From the human T2T-CHM13v2.0 reference genome, Homo sapiens: a DNA stretch of 64,000 bases. Shown here piece by piece: positions 49,801 to 64,000 of the stretch; position 1 is the first letter of the stretch, and every line of letters begins with the position of its first letter. The stretch lies in assembly GCF_009914755.1 (NCBI RefSeq), contig NC_060940.1. One strand, 5' to 3'. A program made the position numbers and the translations under genes. The notes under the pieces were generated by a model. That model ran no database searches. It was not told the DNA's origin and saw nothing but the letters and a program-made list of their open reading frames with translations.

Positions 49801-50068
49801 GTATGGGGTGATAGCTAAGAGCCTGGAGAACAAGTTTTTATTAAAGTGGAGTCATGACATTGAACGTTCATGTCACAAACGTGCCGAGTGTGTTTTCTTC
49901 TGTTTGGACTTACTAGATCAGTCAGTCATTCTTAATCGTTGAAGATGGGTGATGGGAAGTTCGTTTTGCTACTCTTTTTTCTCTTGTGCATGTTTGAAAA
50001 CGTCCATACTAAAAACATTTTTTTAATGCATTATTTGAAATAGCACCTAATCCAGGCATGTTTTTCAG

Positions 50069-50130
50069 CTCCTCCGCCTCTGATGCAGAATTTGATGCTG
50101 TGGTTGGATATTTAGAGGACATTATCATGG
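50069..50130 (+). CDS. ARL2BP: ARL2BP exon 2
   Basis: tttcag|C...ATGG|gtaagc; 62 nt; SSASDAEFDAVVGYLEDIIM. Confidence 0.96.
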
Positions 50131-52112
50131 GTAAGCTTTTAAGATACTGTTTTTAAGGACTTGCTTGTTTCTTTAAGGACATTGAAATCAATTTGGAGAG
50201 TTAATTTTAAAAAGAGAAAACATCAAGCTGCCTGCAATTTTTAATGTAGCACAATGTAATACTTAAGTAAAGGCTTACTGCAGTTTGTCTTAGAAACAAA
50301 CAGCCCAGTACTCCTGAAAACATCTAATAAGCATAGATTCAGAGGCTGGAAGGGACTGACTCAGGCTAATAGGGCACCAGCAGTGTGGCGTTCTTCGCAA
50401 AACTATAGGAAATAATGATCTACTCTATTTCTTATGTAGGGTAAGAGCAATTTCAATTTTAGATAGTTTTGAGTTTTAACATTTTCATGCCATAAAACAC
50501 ATAAAACCAGGCCAGGTGCGGTGGCTAACGCCTGTAATCCCAGCACTTTGGGAGGCCGAGGTGGGCGGATCACGAGGTCAGGAGATCAAGACCATCCTGG
50601 CTAACACGGTGAAACCCTGTCTCTACTAAAAATACAAAAAAAATTAGCCGGGCGTGGTAGCGGGCGCCTGTAGTCCCAGCTACTCAGGAGGCTGAGGCAG
50701 GAAAATGGCGTGAACCTGGGAGGTGGAGCTTGCAGTGATCCGAGATCGTGCCACTTCACTCCAGCCTGGGCGACAGAGCGAGACTCCGTCTGGAAAAAAT
50801 AAAAATGAAAATAAACACATAAAACCATAACCATAAGCACACATGGCCATAAAGAAAACAAGGTATTAAGCTTCAGCTGGTTCTGTATTTTCCTAGGTTT
50901 TGAGTTCCTACTTGTGGATGTATTTGGGCATCCATGAAACCTGCTAAGTAACAGAGAAGCAGTAACAGTCCCCAGAGGTTTAAGACAAGTATGTAGGAGG
51001 GGAAAACTTACATTTGAGAAAATTCTGTTGACTTTAAGTTTTATGAGAATTGAGAAAAGAACACTGTTATTTGGTGTTATTGGCTGTATGGCTTAATCCA
51101 TTTAGAATGAAAATTACTGACCAAGTTTTTATACCTTCAGGTATAAAGGTTCATGCCCTTAACTCCTGAATATAGATGTTTCATCATTAAGCTCGTTTCC
51201 CATGTGGACTTGGGGATTTCTGGGGAATACTGAAGAATCCATTCAGTTCTCTTGCCTATTATACCCTATATGCTATGGGAAAATGAGCCTTCTGTGAGCC
51301 TACGGTATTTATCCCAAAGTCTGGGTCCTTTCTGAAACTTTCCTTTTATTTTTAGAAATAATCTATTCAGTTGTTAAAATTCCTTATTCCGGGCTGGGTA
51401 CGGTGGCTCACACCTATAACCCCAACACTTTGGGAGGCCAGCGCAGGTGGATTGCTTGAGTCTAGGAGTTCGAGACCAGCCTAGGCACCATAGGGAGAAC
51501 CCTGTCTCAATTAAAAAAAAAAAATTCCCTATTCCCTATCATTTATTAAGTGTTCACTATGAACTAATCTATTTACATGAATTCTCATCTAAATTCCACT
51601 TCCAATCCTATATGATAACTACCATAAACCATTCTTATTTTCCAGATAAATGTGTTTATATGGGGGTTAGAGAAATTAAGTAACTTACCCAAGGTCACAC
51701 AATTAGTAAGTAGCTGAGATGCGATTCGAACCCAGACGGGCTAGCCTCTTTCAGACCCCATAATTTTAATCACTACACTGTTTCCACAACTGCTGTGGAA
51801 GTTATATCAAAATAAGAGAGAACCAATTCATTCCTTTTCAGAAAAGTAATGTCAGGGAGTTCCCAAGCCACCCTGTGTGGATATGGTTAAAATGGACTGA
51901 AGGATGGTGGTGATCATTGCACAACAATGTAAACATACTTAAAGCCACTGAGCTGTGTGCTTAAACATTAAAATGATAAAAAAAAATTGTATATCTCACC
52001 ACAATTTAAAAAGAAAACAGGGCTGGGTGCGGTGGCTCACACCTGTAATCCCAGCACTTTGGGAGGCAGAGGCAGGCAGATCACCTGAGGTCGGGAGTTC
52101 GAGATCAGCCTA

Positions 52113-52354
<242 letters not shown>

Positions 52355-52522
52355 CTATTTCCACATCAGGGTCCCATTTAATACCCCCTTAAAACATCAG
52401 CTTTCCTTCCAGAGACTGATCATTGAGAAAGCAGTACTGCTGACATAGATCCTGCCTACTTATAAATCATAATGGTTGGTAATCTCCATTAAAAAGAATA
52501 AATTTTCCCCACTGTGGTTCAG

Positions 52523-52629
52523 ATGACGAGTTCCAGTTATTACAGAGAAATTTCATGGACAAGTACTACCTGGAGTTTGAAGACACAGAAGAGAATAAAC
52601 TCATCTACACACCTATTTTTAATGAATAC
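52523..52629 (+). CDS. ARL2BP: ARL2BP exon 3
   Basis: ttcag|AT...TAC|gtaagt; 107 nt; DDEFQLLQRNFMDKYYLEFEDTEENKLIYTPIFNEY. Confidence 0.96.
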
Positions 52630-53752
52630 GTAAGTAGATTTCTATGTCTCCTACCAGGAGGTCAGAGTTTTTAAAAATTTAAATTTAGATTCAAAAGACA
52701 TTGAAATTTGCTGCCTTTTAAAATATGCCACCAGTACACTTCCAGGAATCCTCATTAGCATCTGGTTTAAGTTCATTTTCCTCTGCACAGCCTTTGGGGC
52801 TATTTTCCAAAAGGCTTTCAGGCAAATATTTGATTAACTCATCAGCTTCTTGTTTAAAAGAAGTTTGACCTGGGCTTGGTAGCACACCTGTAGTGCCAGC
52901 TATTTGGGAGGTTGAGGTGGAAGAATCACTTGAGCTTAGGAGTTTGAGACCAGCCTGGGCAACACAGCAAGATCTCTGTCTCTAAAAAAAAAATGATAAT
53001 AATAAAGATAATAAATAAAAGACGTTTGGCTTATCATAATCCTGCTTTTAATCACAGTACATGAGTTCTTCATACCTTGCATTTGCATGCTTTTGACAAA
53101 CCTTTCTGCTTTCACATACTCTTTCTTTCTTCTATATAATCCAGTCATATATGCATGACTATTAAGTAAAAGTGAAAACTGAGACCAAGATCACTAACTA
53201 TTTGGTGGAAAAACCAAGACTGGAACCCAGGAACCTCAGCTCGTCACCCTTGGGTCTCTACACTTTACCCTGAGGCCTCTTAACAGCCCCCTGGGATTCT
53301 GTCATCTAAGAATCCATTTTGGCCTCCAGGACTTTATTTTCTTAACACAGAAGCATGGCATAAACAAACCTGCCCAGAAGGAACCTGTGACTGCCTCCAT
53401 GTCCGTATGTTCTGTTACACAGATGCCCTCTACCCAGGAGGCAAAGCCCCCACTTACTGCATCCTGCACTGGGTTGTGGGTGTGGGTACCGTGCTACTCA
53501 CTGTCTCCACCTGTGTCAGAGCATCCACCCTGTTACAGCACCATTATCAGCTAAGGCTTCTCTTCCACACCAGGCTGAGTACTTCTCCAGGACAGGAGCT
53601 GTGTTTTGGTCCTCTTTGGTATCCTTGGCACTCAGTGTAGATTGTGGCACACAGACCTCAGGAAATGTTTAGAAAGGGCTGGGCAGGCTTTCTGAAAAGA
53701 AGTCTTGTTTTCCCAAAGTATGGTCTCACCAAAATCCTTTCCACTGTTGCAG

Positions 53753-53838
53753 ATTTCTTTGGTAGAAAAATACATTGAAGAACAGCTGCTGCAGCGGATT
53801 CCTGAGTTCAACATGGCAGCCTTCACCACAACATTACA
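53753..53838 (+). CDS. ARL2BP: ARL2BP exon 4
   Basis: tgcag|ATT...ACA|gtgagt; 86 nt; ISLVEKYIEEQLLQRIPEFNMAAFTTTLQ. Confidence 0.96.
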
Positions 53839-54396
53839 GTGAGTTGAGCTTGACTGATTTTTGTGTTTTGTTTTGTTTTCTCACTTTCTTCCTTCCCTAG
53901 GCTGACCAAAAGACGCTCCTTGTTTGTTTTCCTGTGCATGCCGTTGGTGGTTAGGTCCTATGGAGGAAGCCCTCAAACCTTTTAATGAAATCTTGAAAAG
54001 ATCAGGCATTGGCTCACGCTTGTGTTCTCAGTGCTTTGGGAGGCCAAGGGAGGAGGATCACTTGAGCCCAGGAGTTCAAGACCAGCCTGGGTGACATAGT
54101 GAGGCCCCGACCCTACAAAAAATAAATTAGTCAGGTGTGGTGTTGCATACCTGTGGGCCTAGCTACTCAGGAGGCTGAGGCTGGAGAATCCCTTGAGCCC
54201 AGCAGTTCAAGGCTACAGTGAGCTATAATTGCACCCCTGCACTCCTGCCTGGGTGACAGAGCAAGACCCAGTCTCTAAAAAAACAAAACAAAAATAATGC
54301 GGGGGGTGGGGCTGGGGTGGTGGAAAGAAAAACGAAAGCAATCTTGAGGACTGTCTCATCATTCATTCACGAAACAGCCATCTGTTCCGTTTGCAG

Positions 54397-54493
54397 GCAC
54401 CATAAGGATGAAGTGGCTGGTGACATATTCGACATGCTGCTCACCTTCACAGATTTTCTGGCTTTTAAAGAAATGTTTTTGGACTACAGAGCA
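54397..54493 (+). CDS. ARL2BP: ARL2BP exon 5
   Basis: tgcag|G...GCA|gtaagt; 97 nt; HHKDEVAGDIFDMLLTFTDFLAFKEMFLDYRA. Confidence 0.96.
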
Positions 54494-54780
54494 GTAAGTT
54501 ACTACTCCTATTTATTTAGCCACTTTGAGCCACTTAGAAAATTCCAGGTAGAAATACCGAACATGAACCTCCCACGCTTCCCCCATCATTCTCCCTTCAA
54601 ACTGGCCGATGAGGCATCAGAAGAGTGAGCTGCTATTCTGTTGTGGCTGGGACCTTCTCATGTTTTCATGAAACAAGCCCAGGTACCAACTTAGAGTTCC
54701 TAATCAGAAGGACAAAACCGAAAAAGCAGGTCTCAGGTCTCATTCTGCCTTGCCTTTCTTTTATTTTTTTTTTTTTTTGA

Positions 54781-55035
<255 letters not shown>

Positions 55036-56151
55036 TGAGCCACCGCACCTGGCCCTGCCTTGCTTTTCATATAATGCAAGCTCTTTATAAGAAAAATAGG
55101 AGACTGGGCATGGTAACTCACACCTATAATCCCAGCACTTTGGGAGGCCGAGGCAGGCAGATGGCTTGAGCTCAGGAGTTTGAGACCAGCCAAGGCAACA
55201 TGGCAAAACCCTGTCTCTATGAAAAATACAAAAATTAGCTTGGTGTGCTGGTGTGCATCTGTAGTCCCAGTCAGCTACTTTGGGGGCTGGGTGGGAGGAC
55301 CGCTTGAGCCCAGAAGGTTGAGATTGCTGTGAGCTGTGATTGTACTGCTACAGTCCAGCCTGGGTGACAGAGTCAGACCCTGTGTCAAAAAAAAAAAAAG
55401 AAAAGAAAAAGAAATGGTGTTGGGTGTGGTTGTGCATGCCTGTAGTCCCAGCTACTTCGAAGGCTGAGGCAGGAGAATCACTTGAGCCTAGGAGTTTGGG
55501 GCTGTATTACACAGCAGTGGTGCCTGTGAATAGCCACTGCACTCCAGCCTGGGCAACATAGCAAGACCCCTATCTCAAAAAAAAAAAAAAAGAAGGAAAG
55601 AAAAATGTTTTCCAGTGAAGGGAGGTACATTTTAAGAGTGCATTTTAAGAATGACCAGGGCCAGGCTGGACACAGTGGCTCATACTTACAATTCCAGCGC
55701 TTTGGGAGACCAAGGCAGGAGAATCACTTGAGCCCAGGAGTTCAAGACCAGCCTAAGTGACATATCAAGACCCTGTCTCTACAAAAATAAAAATAAAAAA
55801 GTTAGTCAGCTGTAGTGGTGCACACCTGTAGTCCTAGCTACTCAGGAGGCTGAGGCAGGAGGACCACTTGAGCCCAGGAATTCCAGGCAGCAGTTAGCTG
55901 TGATCAAGCCACTATACTCCAGCCTGGGTGACAGAGCAAGACCCTACCTCTTTAAAAATAATATTAAAAAAAATTAAGACTAGGGCAGGCCAGTATTGAG
56001 CAGAAATGCAGAATAACCAATAACCTGTGTTCCCTTCCTATGTACTCTGGAGGTCCACGTTCCCACCTTCAGCTCTGCCTTCCCCATGTCAGAGGCAAGA
56101 TTCCAAGCCAGGGCTCTTTCTAGTCCTTCCTTTGGTTGTTTTCTCATATAG

Positions 56152-56253
56152 GAAAAAGAAGGCCGAGGACTGGACTTAAGCAGTGGCTTAGTGGTGACTT
56201 CATTGTGCAAATCATCTTCTCTGCCAGCTTCCCAGAACAATCTGCGGCACTAG
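56152..56253 (+). CDS. ARL2BP: ARL2BP terminal coding exon 6
   Basis: atag|GAA; EKEGRGLDLSSGLVVTSLCKSSSLPASQNNLRH then TAG. Total CDS 492 nt = 163 aa. Confidence 0.96.
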   Translation, partial: EKEGRGLDLSSGLVVTSLCKSSSLPASQNNLRH

Positions 56254-57560
56254 GTCCTACCTCCAGCCAATGAATGGGATCATTCTGGATGTCACCAGCC
56301 CAATAGGCTCAGCTCATGATGACAGAACACATCTTGGAAAGACTGACTCTGTTATGTAACTCTTCATTTATGTTAAGTATTAATAGGTCAAAACCAAAAT
56401 GACCTAACCCTCCTGGACCTATTTATCCTGAAACACCTTCTTGTATTCATTAACCATAGTACTCCTCCCCACCTCAAGTAGACACCTCTCTCAGGAGCTT
56501 CTGAGTCAGACGCCTCTGGAGCGAGCCCTATGTCAGGCACTCCACCTGGGGGGCCCTTCCCCAGCATACCTGCTGGTGTGTAAGTGTGGACTAACCCGCC
56601 GCCACCACCCTCTGTTCCAGCAGGCTCTGCATGAATCTTTGTGCACTTGCACCTCTTTTTCACATGGGCCACAGTTTCAGTACTTCAGCCTCAGTGGGGT
56701 TCCTGATGTTTATCTAGGGTGTTACTCAAGCCCAGTTTGAGATTTTGGAGTCTCCTGTGATCACATCTTGTCTCGGCTGTAGGAATCAACAGAAGGAGAC
56801 GTCCTCTACATAAAAGCTCCATGTGAAAAGCTACTCCTAGTCTTAACATTTGCAGTCCTTGTGTCACTGTCTTCTGGTCCTGATGTAGTCCCACTGTTTC
56901 TAGAAGTCTCTTTTAAGCATTATTTTTGAAAAAAAAAATATTTTTATAGATGAATACTCAGGCTAACCTAGTGGATGTGATCTTGGAACTTCCATGATTA
57001 TCCACTTAAAGATCAAAGTATTATATGCTGTGTGCTTTTTAGGTGTTTGTTAGTACTGTGAAAGCAAAAATGCTTTCTACATTGACATTCATTCCTATTT
57101 TACTGGGCACCTATGAATGTATGCTGTGTGCTAGAAATAGACTAAAACATATTCCTATAGCATGTTAGTGTGTTTGCATGTTTGCTGAAAATCCTTTGTG
57201 TATAAACCAGTTTGTAAGGTTCTCTGGGTTAGGTAGGGACTCTGCAGTTTCTTCCTGTCAAAATCTCTCCTACCAAGATGGTGTTCCACTGTCCAGCCCA
57301 GCATGAGTAGCAGGTAGAGCACAGCTTTACTGGCTGTTTGTATGCTTTGGTTTAGTGCAATGTGTGGTAGATTACTTATCAGAAAACATATATGTCATCT
57401 CTAGAACGAAGAAAAAGCATAGTAGTTCAATTCCCAGTGTGTCCCTTTGATTTTTTTTTTTTAATAGTAAAAATAAGAATCTGTACTGACTTTTCACTTG
57501 GCCATTCTGGTTTTAAAGGACAAGCTACAAGCTCTGTGTTTCTGTACTGATGTGTCACTT

Positions 57561-57566
57561 ATTAAA
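57561..57566 (+). terminator. ARL2BP: ARL2BP poly(A) signal ATTAAA
   Basis: ATTAAA about 1.3 kb after the stop, at the end of a repeat-free UTR, with UGUA upstream and GU/U-rich sequence downstream. Confidence 0.7.
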
Positions 57567-57815
57567 TACTTTTGTACCATGAGTAAAACTTCAGGTGTTT
57601 CGCAAGAACCACCATTCTCAATGAGTTGTATTCTTTCTTTAATGTAGCCACTGCCATAAGGTTATTAATTATTGCTTTGGTCTTTTTTTTTTTTTTTTAA
57701 ATGCCACCTCTCCTGGGCTTGCTTTCCCTTGCTTTGTCTATAAATGGGAGGTCCACCACAGCCCAGGCATGCTGGGAGCACTTGCTAAGACCTGTGGACC
57801 AGCCTGCCTACTTGA

Positions 57816-59565
<1,750 letters not shown>

Positions 59566-60099
59566 ATAACAAAAGGGTACAGAGGGTACCTAGAAATGCT
59601 TTTACCTTATTGTTCAGAGAACGTTGTTCTGTGGTGTTGGAAAAATAAGCTCAGGAGTACTCAGCTGCTTTCCTCTGCTGTCTCTACCAGCTCTGAGCAG
59701 GCAGCATGGCCAGCCACCTTGATTATATGACCTCCAAGCTTCACAGACTTTCAAGGTAGATGATATTGTTGAAATCTTTGATTCAGTAAGCTCACCTAAC
59801 CTGCCCAAAGCAAGGGTGACTAAGTTATTGTCAAACTGAGTCACTTGTGAGAATAAAAGGCCGTGCTATTCTATTTATGCCAGCACAAACAGCATAAACC
59901 AGGACTGTTCCAGACCCAGCAAGCAGGAAGTATAGGCAGCCTTCCTCCGGTCAAAGAGTTCGCAGGTGGTGCTGAACGACTCCAGAACGTGAACTGCCCT
60001 ACAGCAGGCATCTTCTACAGTCAAGCTGAGGTCTCCTGGAGGTTACAAGCACCTGTAAAAGTGATTTGCCAACATCTTGTCCAAATAATTTCTCTCATC

Positions 60100-60111
60100 T
60101 TTATTTTTATT
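60100..60111 (-). terminator. PLLP: PLLP poly(A) signal (tandem AATAAA AATAAA)
   Basis: TTTATTTTTATT on the + strand about 800 nt beyond the PLLP stop. Confidence 0.8.
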
Positions 60112-60901
60112 AAAAAAAATAAAACAGTCACCACCAACCACATGACAACTCGCCAGGCAAGGCCTTGCTTCCCTCCCTCCTTTGCGTCCCATGTGCCTAG
60201 TCAGCAAGGTCGGGGAGGCACCGATGTTAGCTTCGCCCAAAGGGAGTATTACAGAGAGAGGCTTGGGAAAGGGAAGGAAACCTGGACAGGCTTTTCAGCA
60301 CTGAGAAATCACTTAAAACTGATTTGCTTTCAGTAACTGGTATGTCTGAAATGCAGGGAGGGAAGACCATGCTGTCAGCAATCAACCCACTTTTTACAGG
60401 TTGGCTCCAGGGAGAGGTTGGTTGAAACGGTGTTTAAAGGAAGGAGAGTGGTTTCACCAGCTTGCTCAGCTCTCCTGGAACAAAGACTAAGGTGCTACGT
60501 GTTGCTTGTTAGGCTTATACTACGGCGGGTCTGGGGCTGCAGGTCTGGAGTCCTTGTTAGTGCATTTAGTGCTGGTGAGAAGGGTGGGCCCCAGTCTTGG
60601 ACGCTGAAGTCCTCTAAAGACAAGGCAGAGACACAGCCTCAGATCCCCCGTCATCTTCCACTGAATAAGGGGGATGGAGAAGAGGTCTCAGCAGTTGGCC
60701 TCCTGCAAGCCGAGATGCCTGCCAGCCTGGGCCTGCTTCCTTAGCGCTGTGAGAGCTTATGTCTGACGGGCAGAGAGGAGCAAATGCAGTCCCTGTTGGG
60801 CTGACTCCACGCAGGGCTCCCCAGCTTCAGGCTTGCAGGGTGACCCTGCTCTGTGACCCAGCGGTGGCTTCAGCCCCAGAGGGGGCCGTGGCACAGGTGG
60901 T

Positions 60902-61018
60902 TTAGGCATAGCCGCCAGCCATCTGACTGGTGGCCGCATTGCTGCCTACTCCTCGCCAGGCCTGGTAGCTGAAGAAGGCACTCACTCCATAGGCGATCAT
61001 CACCAAACACGCAAAGAA
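60902..61018 (-). CDS. PLLP: PLLP (plasmolipin, MARVEL domain) terminal coding exon
   Basis: Minus strand ttcag|TTC; FFACLVMIAYGVSAFFSYQAWRGVGSNAATSQMAGGYA then TAA; 117 nt. Confidence 0.95.
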   Translation of the reverse strand, partial: FFACLVMIAYGVSAFFSYQAWRGVGSNAATSQMAGGYA

Positions 61019-61885
61019 CTGAAAGAGAGGTGAGAAGGGCTTAAGGACCGAGAGGGTGACAGTGACACAAGCTCCAACCAGATCTCAGGCCAGGCAGGAG
61101 GGGTTGTGGCAGCCGCACCATCTCACACTTAGCCAGATGCATTTCACAGCTGTTTATCATGGGGCTGATGAGCACCAGGGTCCTGGGATACCAATATTAC
61201 CTTCTAACCATGGGAAACAGCTAAGAACCACAGGCAGGGCCTGTCAGATTGTGATAAGGGCAATGAAGGAGAAGATAAGAGTGACAGAGGGGACACCTAG
61301 CAAGGATTTAGTTCTAAAAAGACAACATTCAAAGGACACCCTAGGAATCTCCTAGAACCAGTTCAAGCCTCTATACTAACACCTGCAGCCACATTCAGAA
61401 GCTCCCCGTCTCTGTCCCCATCACTGAATTTGCTGATTTCAAAACTGCCCTCATCAGGAAGAGTAAGGAACCAAATGCGTGCCCATTGAGGCCCTGCCCT
61501 CCCCTGGGCTTGGCCGTGGCTCCAGGCCTGGCGTCCAACTTCTCTGAGCAGGAGCCTCCTGTCTGTCAAAAGGAACTGGTAGTCCCTTCCTCTCCCTCAC
61601 TGTGGGTGTCGCAGGATCCTGGGAGGAGATGGTGTGCAGGGCCTGGTGGTGTGAAGGGTGACAGGCGTGGAGGGGACTACTGCCACTTCACTGGCCACCT
61701 GACGTGGGCCCAGAGTTTGGGTTTCATGGGAGAGCCTATGAATCTCCCAGAATGGTTTAAACCAAAAGGTTTTTGCACGTGCACTTGTCAGTGGGAGAGC
61801 ATGTTTTTCACATTCTCCAAGGGGGCACGTGACCCTAAGGCAGTGTGGCACAGCTGATTTACAACAAGGTTCAATAGTCAGCCCA

Positions 61886-63999
<2,114 letters not shown>

Positions 64000-64000
64000 T

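Noticed and set aside
59863-60336. 157-aa + strand ORF
   Set aside because: Non-ATG start, antisense to the PLLP 3'UTR end, no protein resemblance.

Overview
Human (hominid) genomic DNA, recognisable from its protein sequences as the chr16q13 RSPRY1-ARL2BP-PLLP locus. The window starts inside the 5' intronic region of RSPRY1 and holds all 14 coding exons (+ strand, 8968-42962, 1731 nt, 576 aa) and the 3'UTR. Next come the ARL2BP CpG-island promoter and all 6 coding exons (+, 49357-56253, 163 aa), then the last two exons of PLLP (-, convergent). The rest is Alu-dense, with L1, L2, MIR, MER41, MLT1 and DNA-transposon relics and a full-length antisense SVA. Most ORFs in the supplied track are Alu, SVA or L1 artefacts. 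The main observations are: (1) the SVA has two nested perfect 16-bp target-site duplications and two poly(A) tails, consistent with a copy carrying both a 5' (LTR-U5/MIR/FLAM) and a 3' transduction; (2) a 38-codon uORF ends directly against the weak annotated RSPRY1 AUG, while a strong-Kozak Met40 would give an MGNSCIC (myristoyl/palmitoyl-type) N-terminus; (3) an intronic MER41 LTR keeps tandem GAS motifs; (4) RSPRY1 and ARL2BP exons are phase-compatible for an in-frame read-through fusion; (5) a near-palindromic Alu pair sits inside a single TSD. Exon numbers follow my recall of the usual annotation, and repeat subfamily names are by eye and need RepeatMasker/Dfam confirmation.
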